Shown here: positions 39,638 through 51,478 of the stretch, piece after piece
Position numbering within the stretch: the stretch's first letter is position 1
Layout: the number at the start of each line of letters is the position of its first letter
From: Octopus sinensis
Lineage: Eukaryota
Assembly: GCF_006345805.1 (NCBI RefSeq)
Contig: NC_042999.1
Location: 19,592,001-19,656,000 of the forward strand
Direction: 5' to 3'
Length of the DNA stretch: 64,000 nt
The notes under the pieces: generated by a model
What the model was told of the DNA's origin: nothing
Databases searched by the model: none
Seen by the model: only the letters and a program-made list of their open reading frames with translations
Position numbers and translations under genes: made by a program

Positions 39638-41240
39638 AAAAATACCCTGTTGTTGATATTGAAATTCTAATGAAGGAGCCTTGGATCTAGGTTAAAAACC
39701 AGTTCTTACTCTATTGGCAAGAAATCTTCAAATAAACTGAATAATGACACATATACATACTTATAGATAGACAGATAGATACTATTTCCTTTGTGTGTTT
39801 TAAACTCTGCCCTCTGTTATGCAAAATGTAAATTGACAATAAAATGTTTTGAAGTAATATAGATTAAAAGATAATTTAAAGAAAAAGTTACAATCAGTAC
39901 TAACATAGAAACCTAGAAATGGAAGCATAAATTTATGACGACAATCATAGCAATAGCTGGCAGTACCATAATGATGACGATATCCATGAATAATGAAAGC
40001 TGATGTTTGTCAATCTCTATTTAGATATATGCAATCATGAAATCTTTAATCTTTGTAAAACTGTGTATTTCGGTGATATTGTTATAGAATATCTTTAATT
40101 TTTATGTAGGTGTTATTGCTTGTGTATTTTCAGAATGCATTAAAAAAAAATATGGAAAAATCTTTATTGATCTGCAAAGACACGGATGTGAATATGCAGT
40201 CATTTGCAAGTGTGTTAGTTTTTCCTAAGCGCTTTTATTTAAAATTTGAACCATCGTTGTGACACAGTGATCTACATTTTGCAGATTTTGAACATAAAAA
40301 TACATACTTTCCAAATGTATTGCAAATAATACAACAGAATTTATTGGAATATACTCTACATTTTATATAATTGCTACAGCTTAGACATTTGAGAACATAT
40401 CAATCCAATTCATAATATTTTTATTTTGCTTCTTAGATTTTGTTCTGCTTTATGACAATAATTTTAAGTGACATTATCTGAGGCTGATGACACAGAGTTA
40501 TACATAGAGACTCACTTCGGTTATATAGTAATAGGCTTCTTGTAAAAGAACGCTTAACCATTAAAGCTATGATATTGATCATAAATTTCCTCTAGCATGT
40601 AAGAATGCTAGTTATTATAGTTATTTGAGCCATTCTGTAGTATTGTCAATGAGAAATTATATCTGCAATTTACTGTGTCAAGCAATCCATAAATGCACCT
40701 TAATAGGGGTAAGTCTTTTCTGACTAAAACCATAATTGTTGGTTCATAATTTAAGTATATTGCAAACCTTCAGGCTATTTAACATAGCTGTAGCTAAAAT
40801 ATCCTTTGAACTAGGATAGACATAAAATTTATCTTCAACTATGGCAATCTGCATTGGATAAATTGATAGCTGTAAATAAATTTATAGTGCTGCAATCAGA
40901 ATGTGCACTGGAACTGTGTAAAGGCCAGCTGTAGTTGAATATTTGGAAATATAAATTTGCTTAAAATATTCTAAGCTGTTAATATTGCGGTCAGCATACA
41001 CTCTTATATCTGGTAAATTGATGCACGAATGGCTGGTAGCTATATGGCTAAACAGTCCATTTTATAACCACAGTGTTTCAAGTTCAGTTACAGTGGAAAG
41101 AAATTACATTTGGTAAGTGATTGCTGCTATCGTCCAATACTGACCAAAATGTTGTGAGTAAATTTAGTAGAGAGAAACTGAGAGAAGTCCACTGGAACTG
41201 GATAAATAAGTAGGTAGATAGATAGATAGATAGATAGATA

Positions 41241-41790
41241 CCGTAAATCCTCAAGTATAATCCGCATTTTTCCCCCAAATTTAAAGGTCAAAATCCCTAG
41301 TGCGTACTATATACGAGGTTAAAAATGGAAAATATTTTCTAAGCAATATCCGAGTCTCTATTTGCTGTCTGGCAATGTTTATTCAGATGCATTTTGTGAT
41401 GTCGGGTGCGAAAATACCTTAAGCTAAGCCCGAAAGCAATGAAGTCATAAAAGAATCATCCATAACTTGCAGTAAGCAACATATATTAAACGTTATTACC
41501 GTTATTTCTTTATTTCCTGCAAACAAAGTGCACAAAAAAGGCTCCACAACTCACTTAATATTTCGAAATTATGTCTTCATTTTCTTTATAACGAGATGTT
41601 TTCCCCATTTGTTCCCTTATGAGGGTTGTGTCCTTCCTTTCATCAAAATACATGGCAGAAAATGGTTTATGTGGCCTTCCTTCCTGCTACAGGGAATTAC
41701 GTTTTCTGGATCGTTCACACCTTATCTTCGATGTGTCTATAACGAAAGAACATTCACCAGATGCACTTGCCGTTAATTCGCAGATGATCG
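41241..41790. mobile_element. pogo/Tigger-like DNA transposon end
   Basis: TA|CCGTAAATCCTCAAGTATAATCCGCA terminus next to (GATA)n; a similar terminus type lies at about 2221. Confidence 0.55.
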
Positions 41791-41794
41791 AACC

Positions 41795-42700
41795 TGTATG
41801 AAGAGCAGCACGGTCTGACACACTGGTACGGTCACAGACAGAAGCTAGTTCAGGGAATTTCATTCGTTTTATTGGTGTTTTTGCACTTACGTTTTTGCGT
41901 TTCCTGGAAAATGGAATTGGAAAATCTTCATCTTAACATGCTGATCCATTTCCTGATTCACTCTTTGATGAAAATGTTATCAATTCAGAATCCTTTGCTA
42001 ACTCAAAAATGCGACTGTGATCTGTGATGGATCTTTCCGGTTTGAACGGCAGTTTTTTCTAGCGGTGTCATATGAAATTGTCATCTATAATTATGACCTT
42101 AGTATCGATCTGTTGCATTTCAGTCTGTTTTAGGGTTAGGGTTAGTAAGGGTTATGGTTAGGGGTGGGGGGAAGGTATCTTTTTATCTTCAGAAATGTAA
42201 ATAAATCCAATCTGTTTCTTAAACGAGGGACATGTTCATACGGCACATAATGTTGTTTACCTCAATAGACGTCAGTGATTGGTTGAAATTGCAGAAATTG
42301 AAGAAAAAACAACAACAAATATCTTACAAACCATAGAATTTTCTCAATAAAGCCAAGAGAAAAAGATGTTTTATAAACACATTCAACCAGTATACGAAGT
42401 TCAAAATTTTTTAGTTACCTAGAAATTATGTTAAACACTGCCGTTCAAACCGAAAAGATCCTCTGTGACTTCTAATCAACCTCTGAACTTTCTGTTTAGA
42501 TACTGCTTGATCTATTCCGCCAATGATCATTTTTTTCGATTTGTCCGTTGATCCTGTAAAATATCTTATTCTTTCTGTGGTACTTTTTTCTCTCTACTAC
42601 AACTGCAGCATTTAAAGGAGTTGCACTTGCAACAGGAAATGTCAAATAAATCTTTTGTTGCATTGTTTTTAAACATATTACACTTTGTTTGAAATGATGG
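41795..42700 (-). pseudogene. Decayed hATm-like transposase N-terminal region
   Basis: LFDISCCKCNSFKCCSCSREKKVPQKE*DILQDQRTNRK.IIGGIDQ and RMKFPELASVCDRTSVSDRAA; family assignment from motif memory. Confidence 0.7.
42029..42461. mobile_element. Merlin-like MITE with internal TTAGGG-like repeats
   Basis: ~29-bp TIR GGATCTTTYCGGTTTGAACGGCAG, GG..CC termini, 8-bp flanks TCTGTGAT/TCTGTGAC. Confidence 0.8.
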
Positions 42701-42924
42701 CACATTTTTTTTTCTATTTTTCACAGATTTTAGTAATGCTTGGTACTTTGGATAAAAGTTTAAGATTTTCGGTTTAACTGACTCAATTGTAACACAAGGG
42801 ATGGATGCCTTTTGCTAAAGAAGAATTATCTTTTCTGTTACAGTGTTAACTATTTGTTTAATTGAAGGATCTTACTTAATTAGTTAGTTAGTTAATTTTT
42901 TGGCTCAAAAAGCAAAAAAGCAAG

Positions 42925-43295
42925 GCGATGTAAGGGGATATGGAGTTATGTACAGGGTGGTGTTCATGTAAAGAGTTCAGGCCACTTGTGGTCAAGGGAG
43001 ACTTTGAACTGAGCGGTCGTCGGCATCTTCACCATCTCGTCCGGCAGCTTATTCCACGGATCCGCAAACCGGACGGAGAAAGCCCCTCTCCTTCGATTGA
43101 GATGAAATCGTCGCAGATAGAGCTTTTCGGAGTGACCCCACAGCCGACGCTCTGGAGCAGGAGTGAACAGCTCTTTCGAGAGGTTACACTTTCCGCTAAT
43201 GATGTTGTGAGCAAGAATGAGATCACCACGGCGTCGTCGTTTTTCTAGAGAATAAAGGTCGAGCGTCTTCAGCCTTTCTTCATAAGACAAATTCT
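42925..43295 (-). pseudogene. CR1/L2-group LINE 3' end
   Basis: SYEERLKTLDLYSLEKRRRRGDLI...GHSEKL...FSVR..DPWNKLP. Confidence 0.9.
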
Positions 43296-43499
43296 TAACT
43301 ACATTCTTTTCTTTTTCTCATTCAGATAAAACACATTTTAGTACATCCTTGTAAATTGGCCAAACAGGATCTACGTAGACATACATTTCTTTGATTGCAC
43401 TATTCTGAAGATGGGCCTTTGTGCTTAAAATGTGTAAGGGTTTTTCAACTTTCATTTCTGCCTCATTATAAGCTTTCTTCGTTCTCCTTTTTCATATTT

Positions 43500-43990
43500 T
43501 TTTTCTTGTTTCAGCTCAGAGCTGTGGCCATGCTGATGCACCGCCGTTTTGTGCTACACTGTTATTACTAAGAGCCTCCTCTAATATGTGGCACTTGGTG
43601 AAGAATGGAGTTTGATATAGCTACCCTCGTTTGCACCTCTTGCCGTGAGGTATGTTCATCTGGGACTCTCGACATGAAGAGGTCCAGCTTTGATTTAAAA
43701 ACCGCTACATCTACATTGTGCAAGTTCCTCAGACTCTTTGGGAGAATATTAAAAAGCTGTGGGCCCTTGAAACCCAGGCTGTTGCAGTGGCTGGTCCTGA
43801 AGCGTGGTGGCATTGTTGGGATCTTTGGCACTATGAAGTGTCGTCCCGTTCTAGCATTGGTGCAGCTTTCAATGCCAAAATTTGGCCCAATTCCTTCCAG
43901 GATCTTCCAGACTGCATACCTCTCCCGTTTTCTCTCCAGGGAGTAGAGTCTTAGCTGTTGCAACCTTTCCCAGTAGTTGAGCTGTTGCAA
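43500..43990 (-). pseudogene. CR1/L2-group LINE 3' end including 3' UTR
   Basis: LNYWERLQQLRLYSLERKRERY..WKILEG..GPQLFNILPKSLRN..FKSKLD..VPDE; UTR ends in a stem-loop and A-rich tail. Confidence 0.9.
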
Positions 43991-44689
43991 ATACATTTTT
44001 ATAAAATATTACTTTAGAACATAACATTGGAAATATATTAATAGCAGGAACGCCATTTCATGAGGATAGTACTTAGAATAAGCTTCTTTGTATGAATTTT
44101 AAGACGGTTTGAGAATTCCCAAGAGAGACAGAAATAATTTGGAATGGAAATAATAAGCATAAAACAGCCATTTTTTCACGTCTCATTCTCAATGTTTTTT
44201 CAAACATAAACAAACGTTTTGTGTGTGTGTTTTTTTCACTGTATTCATATAATATTCCAAAACATATCTAAGCAACAGATAATTCGAGAAAACAAAAAAA
44301 AAAAGAAAAAAAAACAGGCTCGGATTACCAGCTAAATTATTTCAAATCTGAAACTCAGAACGCAGGTATTATAAAACTTTCAGTTTTAAGGCATTAAGAA
44401 TATTCTACATTTACGGTTTGGGTTCAGTAATTTATTGCTTTTCGGAGAAACAACAGACATTTATGCATAAATATGAACAGACGTATGACTGTATTTATGT
44501 ATGCATATTAAATGACGTAGCGTGGCTTTAGTTTACTTCGTATAGTAACCAAATTCACCGCCACCATCGTTAAATGTAACATAACTTCGCCTGTTGCAAA
44601 CACACATACATGAAGAGGCGATGGTGCGGCCTGCACAACGCTTGTTGTCCTATATTGTGTGTGTTTATATATCTGTGTATACACGCACA

Positions 44690-44826
44690 CATATCTATCT
44701 ATCCATCTATCTATCTATGCACATATATATATATACATATATATATACATATACATATATACATATATATATATACATATACACATATATATATATATAT
44801 AAATATATATATATATACATATACAC

Positions 44827-44858
<32 letters not shown>

Positions 44859-44975
44859 ATATATGTATATATATAGTGTAATAAATAAAATATATGCATA
44901 CATACAAACATATATGTACGTACCGACATCTACATGTATATATACATGTATATATAATATATATATATATATACG
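44690..44975. repeat. (TA)n/(TACA)n microsatellite block
   Basis: Direct inspection; similar blocks at 18-205, 20250-20660, 45225-45335, 45570-45790 and 61460-62340. Confidence 0.95.
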
Positions 44976-45223
44976 TACAGGACATCACAAGAAGACGAAA
45001 AAAATCAACAGAACGAAAACGAAGAAGACATTTTGTTACAACAGAAGGACAGAGACGTGGAACAAGACGAAACGAAAACGAAAACGGGAAAAACAATTAT
45101 GTGCAGCAGAAAAACGAAGTACAGGACATGCTACACGGAAAAATCCCCTTCATTAGCTGTCGCTAGCAGACACGTGTTTCGAAGGCAGAGACAGAACACG
45201 TAAGGTCAAGCAAGGCCTTCCTA

Positions 45224-45300
<77 letters not shown>

Positions 45301-45566
45301 CATATATATACATATATATATATACATATATATACATTTAAACACATAAGAGGTATCCATCATAGGACTCCTTGCACGCTAATAGTCGTTTGGAATTTAA
45401 CTGTCCTCTTTAGCGTGCAAGGTGTCCTATGATGGATACATCTTACCCTCTTATGTGTTTAAATGTACACTGTATTTATATGAATAATATATATAGTCTA
45501 TTGACTAAATTTTTACACGCTAAGCCACTGCTAACGGAAATTTGTAATATTTCTGATTACCATTTG

Positions 45567-45612
<46 letters not shown>

Positions 45613-45613
45613 A

Positions 45614-45671
<58 letters not shown>

Positions 45672-46007
45672 GTATCTATGTATGTATATATATAATATAT
45701 ATATATATATATACATAATATATAATATATGCATATATACGTACATATATGTACATACCTACATCTATATGCATATACACATGCATATATGGGTACAGGA
45801 CATCAAAAAAACGTTGAACACAATGAGAAACGAAAACATAAAAACAAAAACATGGAAACGAACTTTTTTTCAAACAACGAAAAAACAGAGTACAAGACAC
45901 ACAACACAAGGAATATTCCCCTTCTTCATTTGTCCCTGTTTCGTCTACTCCGCGTTCCGAAGGTAAGGACAAGACGCAACTTCGTTGAAACAGTCCTTCG
46001 CGCAAAG

Positions 46008-46054
<47 letters not shown>

Positions 46055-46057
46055 ATA

Positions 46058-46320
46058 TTAGCAGAGATACCCAGCGTTGCCCGGAGTTAAAGAAAATAGC
46101 GAAATTTTAAAATGATTTTTAGATCTCTAAACATGAAACATAGACTAGGCATTACCTCCTAGTAGCTGAGATGCCAACTTTATACGTAAATAACCCAGCA
46201 TTTCCCAGGTTATTGAAAATTATGAAATTTAAGTATGCTTTTTAAATCTCTAAGTAAAATGAAACATGGATTATGCAGTTCTCAACAGTAATTAGCTGAT
46301 GTACAAGCTATTAATTTCAA
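46058..46320 (-). mobile_element. Helitron-like 3' end with a duplicated unit
   Basis: TTAGCAGAGATACCCAGCGTTGCCCGG hairpin end; degenerate repeat of it at about 46192. Confidence 0.5.
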
Positions 46321-46871
46321 TAACATGTTTTATCCGATGTTATCGCTGTTAAAATTTGACATATTCCTGAATGGCATCGAACTCCATAACTTTTCATTTG
46401 TATTATCACAACTGATTATATTTTTAATTCACTCTTAACATTCAATTATGAAACTATTTAGAGAACGGAAGTATTCGATAATGGAACTATCTACATTTAT
46501 ATTATGTCTCCAAGATCATTCCATAGTTAATATTAATTAGTGTTAATGGAAGGGCCATATGTTTTCCGGTCATGCTGAAAAGTTTAATGGTAAGTAATAA
46601 AACGTCAATGCAAAATGCTGATGCTATATTAATTAAGCTATTTTACAGTATTATTTACAACAGTGAATGATTTACACGTAAGTATCTTTATTCCATAGGC
46701 TCTTTAATTCTGAGTAAAATTTTATTCAGAGTAAAATTGCGAGGTTTCACTCCCTTTCTTTTGAATTTCTCATACTCCAATGCAAGTTCGTCTGCATGTT
46801 GCTTTTGCATTATTTGTGATTTGACAGCTTCATGTTACCCTTATGTTTTTTGGTATGACAGTACACCAAAG

Positions 46872-47255
46872 TGGAGGCGCAATGGCCCAGTGGTTAGGGC
46901 AGCGGACTCGCGGTCATAGGATCGCGGTTTCGATTCCCAGACCGGGCGTTGTGAGTGTTTATTGAGCGAAAACACCTAAAAGCTCCACGAGGCCCCGGCA
47001 GGGGATGGTGGTGATCCCTGCTGTACTCTTTCACCACAACTTTCTCTCACTCTTACTTCCTGTTTCTGTTGTACCTGTATTTCAAAGGGCCGGCCTTGTC
47101 ACTCTCTGTGTCACGCTGAATATCCCCGAGAACTACGTTAAGGGTACACGTGTCTGTGGAGTGCTCAGCCACTTACACGTTAATTTCACGAGCAGGCTGT
47201 TCCGTTGATTCGGATCAACCGGAACCCTCGTCGTCGTAACCGACGGAGTGCTTCC
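46872..47255 (+). mobile_element. tRNA-derived SINE, family D (young)
   Basis: GGAGGCGCAATGGCCCAGTGGTTAGGGCAGCGGACTCGCGG...GGTTTCGATTCCC (A/B boxes, tRNA-Arg-like head); CpGs retained; near-identical to 12712-13093. Confidence 0.9.
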
Positions 47256-47285
47256 ACCACACACCAAAGCACTGGGCACATTTCA

Positions 47286-47551
47286 CCCTTTAGTGTTCGC
47301 ATCATTCTGCCAAAATTAATCCTTTTTCATCCACATTGTTTTGAACTAATTGTGCATTATCTTGTAGCTATGAGATTTTGATGAGGTAGCTGTTAATTTT
47401 CAAAACGATATTGTAGGGTTGGTGTGAGAGACCAGATCTGGCCAGTTTGAACATAAAACAGGCAGAATACTTTAGGCCAGATCTGGCCAGTTTGAACATA
47501 AAACAGGCAGAATACTTTTGGCTGGATATGGCCGGTTTAAATGCTAAAGGG
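47286..47551. mobile_element. piggyBac-like MITE
   Basis: CCCTTTAG...CTAAAGGG termini, TTCA/TTAA flanks, internal ~45-bp tandem duplication. Confidence 0.75.
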
Positions 47552-47608
47552 TTAAACGTAAATATTATCTATCCATTCCATGTGTGTGTATAGATGGTCC
47601 AGGTGAAA

Positions 47609-48500
47609 TGTAGTGTGACCATCTAATAACGGCTCAGATCAGAAGGCTGTAGTAAGGCATTTGATGTGCCAGTTGGAAAAAGAGAAGAGACACAACCGAG
47701 TAGAATGTTTGGAGAGAGATTTTATTGGTATGTCAACATGTGTGTGTCAGGTACACAAAATGAATGACAAGCCGTCATGAGAGCAAAGCGTATGTGTGTC
47801 TGTGTGTGCGTTAAGTACATATAAGAATAATGAAGAGGAAGAAAGTGAAAGACTAAAATGAGAAGTTAGAGGAATGTTCATAGACACATGAATGAGAAAT
47901 ACCACTTCGTAGTCAATTGTACACGGTGGTAGAAATACTGTATCAAGTTGTGGCGATGATGCAGAACCGGTTGCAGTACATGTCGTACGAAGTTGTGACT
48001 GTAATGCTACTGCCTAGGTCACTTGTACAGTTCTCGCAGGTTGTATGTTTGTTGTTAACCATGGTGAAGTAGTTCACGAACAGCGCTATGTTAAAACCTG
48101 TGCAGTGCTGCTGGTGCTATGTACATAGAGATGTTGTTGACAACTTTGGAGAGAGACATGATGGTGGTGACTAAGATGGAGCTCGCTGTAATGTTGTTGG
48201 ACGGGTGTTACCTGGCGTTTACACTGGAACTGGCTGTGTCGTGTGGTCAGTGGCTAGATCTTAAAAGGTCTGGCACCTAAGACCTCGAGACGAGGAGTAG
48301 CTGGGTTTTTATAAGTAACAGTAGCCTCAAATTGGATTATGAACAGGCTGTCTCACATGATCTTATTTAGGGACTCCGATTGGTTAGGTTGCATATTGGC
48401 GCCATAGAAGAAGAGACAAATTGCGCCAATACAAACCAATCAGAGTAGTGGACACAACGGGGTCCAAATAGCGGCCAAATGTTAGCTGTTATCTGCTACG
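47609..48500 (-). mobile_element. Probable solo LTR
   Basis: Minus strand runs (C/T)GTAG...CTACA with CCAAT boxes, TATAAAA at 48313-48307 and AATAAA at 47726-47721 in LTR order; no TSD found. Confidence 0.55.
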
Positions 48501-49419
48501 TATTTATAATAAAGGAGTGAGAGAGAGGAATTTCACTCGAGTGTATGCTACATGTGTATGTATGTATGTATATGAGGGATGCAAATTTGTTTAGCGTCAT
48601 CTACATACTGGTTTTCCGCCAATATATGCATGTGCACGCGCATTGTGAATATATGTAATTTATTTATATGATGCACTTTGGCCGCATCGCTATCATAATG
48701 GAACAGAATCTTGTGTTCGTTTATCTTCTCTGGAATCTTCCCTAACGTCTGCGCTGATTCTAGCATGCTTTCATTTTTAACCTATTTGTTTGTGCGGGAA
48801 TGGAACAACTTGAACATGATAGAACATTCCTGCAAGCTGATTGGTTGATATTCAGAGCACATCGCCTAATCTATGTGTAGTTTGCTCCTATTTACTAAAG
48901 CTGTAAGGTTGCGATTCTACATCAGTCTCTCTCCGGTGAGCTTTGGACAGAAAGCGAATAAAGATGACAATTGTAGCGAAAACTGGTCGTCAATACAGCC
49001 ACATGGTGAAGAATTTTCATACAGAAGGAATGTATCTGAAAATGTAAATAACTAAAAGTGAAGCAAATAAAATATTGCTCATATCTAGAGTTAATGTGAG
49101 CGAAAGTGTATTGGAAACATATGCAATAAGAGAGAGAGAGAGAGGAGAGAGAGAGAGACAGATAGAGACAGAGAAGTTTCAAGTATGCTTTACTTAAAGA
49201 ACGATGTGGTGCTTATATTTTGTGTGTTGAAGGTAGAAAATTTCATTGAAAACTAACCATTTTCCGTAAAATTATGAGAAAATCATATCGGATTGAGACT
49301 TACTTGTGTAGGTTTCTTCTTGCTATGCCCTTTATTTTTGAAACCTTTTCTCAAGTGTTGCAGTGTACCTGAGCCCTGTATAACATAAGTTCAATAACGA
49401 AATACACATTTAATTATCT

Positions 49420-49920
49420 TAAATGAATTTACAAGTGAAGTGGGGCATGGTAGCAACTTCTTGCAAAATGGGGCTACAAAATTATCAAGCAGTCCTTGTA
49501 ATATATTTTCGAATTCTTGCAGTTTGTATGCTATTCCATTATCAGATATTGTAATTTACTCTTCTGCTGAGATTAGGAAAATGACTAAAGTTTCTTGACA
49601 ATATGTCTCTTTAGAAACTTTTTCCTCTGAACGCTGAAAATTATTCCAGTAAAATCATAAACAATCTTATCCTTCTAGAGTGCCAAGCTGAGAATTTGTT
49701 GGTGATTCATTATATCAGAATGGAACATCATATCTTGTATGTTATCATCATTTTTCATTTGGGCATAGAATCTCTCCTTTTCTTCAAGAAAACTAATAAT
49801 AGGGCCCAACAGTCTCATAAAATTCCTCGTGATATTGTTGGTTGACAAACACCTCACGATACAAAGGAAAGAGATATCACAAGGTTTATCTTCAAGCTTT
49901 GTTTCTTCAATAAAATTTCT
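49420..49920 (-). pseudogene. hAT (GTF2IRD2/SPIN-like) transposase fragment
   Basis: DISFLCIVRCLSTNNITRNFMRLLGPIISFLEEK...DMMFHSDIMNH..LSLAL*KDK resembles VRWLS..RF..L..I..FL.EK / DL.F..DI..HL..LN..LQ. Confidence 0.75.
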
Positions 49921-49944
49921 AAAATATCAGAGATTCCTATTTAA

Positions 49945-50905
49945 CCCTTTTGTTACCGTATTCCTCTTGAAATACACTGCCATTGTTTCAATAAATTTAG
50001 AAAATAACGAAGAATATAGTAAAATAACTGTCCCTATTAAGTTGATGTTTGAAGGATGCGAGCTGACAGAAACGTTAGCACGCCGGGCGAAATGCTTAAC
50101 AGTTTTTCGTCTGTCGTTACGTTCTGAGTTCAAATTCCGCCGAGGTAGGCTTTGCCTTTCATCCTTTCGTGGTCGATAAACTAAGTACCAGTTATGCACT
50201 GGTCGATGTAATCGACTTAATCCCTTTGTCTGTCCTTGTTTATCCCTTCTATGTTTAGGCCCTTGTGGGCAATAAAGAAATAAGAAACGTTAGCATGCCG
50301 GGTGAAATGCTCAACGGCATTTCGTCTGACTTTACGTTCTGAGTTCAAATTCCGCCCAGGTCGACTTTGCCTTTTTAATCCTTTCATGGTCGATAAATTA
50401 AGTACCAGTTATGCACTGGGGTCGATGTAATCGACTTAATCCTTTTGTCTGTCCTTGTTTGTCCTCTCCTTGTGGGTAGTAAAGAAATAGGTATTTCGTC
50501 TGCCGTTACGTTCTGAGTTCAAATTCCACCGAAGTCAACTTTGCCATTCATCCTTTCATGGTCGATAAATTAAGTACCAGTTGTGTACTGGGTTCGATCT
50601 AATCGACTGGCCCCCTCCCCAAAAATGTCGGGCCTTGTGCCTACAGTAGAAAAAGAATCGTTAGTGCGGCGAACAAAATACTTAGCAACATCTTATGTTT
50701 TTACGCTCCGAGTTCAAATTCAGCCGAGGTCGATTTTGCTTTCATCTCCTCAAGCTGTCGATAAAACAAGTATTAGTTAGGCACTGATGTCAAAGTAAAT
50801 AAATGGCCATCACCAACAAAATTTCAGGCCTTGTGCCTATAGTAGAAAGGCATATTAAACAGGTGTTTGGAACATAAATTAACTTGGAATTTTGACGGAA
50901 GGTTT
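49945..50905. mobile_element. piggyBac-like MITE fragment interrupted by the family C array
   Basis: TTAACCCTTTTGTTACCGTA start resembles 3855; similar sequence resumes at about 50855. Confidence 0.6.
50055..50850 (+). mobile_element. Head-to-tail array of about four family C SINE units
   Basis: TTACGTTCTGAGTTCAAATTCC recurs near 50118, 50333, 50506 and 50701. Confidence 0.85.
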
Positions 50906-51430
50906 GGCAAGTTTTCGGAATAGCTGTTTATTTCTTTCTATTTGATGTTGTCTTGTGTGGAAGATGAAATAATGGTTTGTAAAATTAAATTTGAAGGGAA
51001 TTATGTCAACGTAAATAAAGAAAGTGTTAATATATTTTTGGTTTTCTTTGGATTTAGTTTTTATGTCGTATAGAACGATTTTTCAATATGGTAAATGTGT
51101 GAAAAAAAAAAAGCATATGCAAAATAACGAAAATAAAACGAAAATATTTTTATCATGACAGGTACGATGAAGTCGAGAAAAAAATTTTTTTTTTGTTAAA
51201 TGCGAATTTCAAGTACTTCAGAATGTGGAATACAATAAAATTACAAGAAATAAGGAAAAACAAACAAAAAAATCATTTTAGAGGTGGTTACTATTCCAAA
51301 GACACGATGCTGGGGTTGGGTGTGATATTTAAATTATATGGATTAAATTCCAACCCACCTACTCCATTTGAAAATGCCAAATACATGTGGTTCAGAATAA
51401 AAAAAAACACTATAACACAAGGGAGAAGTA

Positions 51431-51478
<48 letters not shown>

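Noticed and set aside
42130-42171. Telomere or chromosome-fusion scar
   Set aside because: Short, degenerate and enclosed by MITE TIRs
46872-46945. tRNA gene
   Set aside because: No proper acceptor stem or terminator; continues into a SINE body and is multicopy
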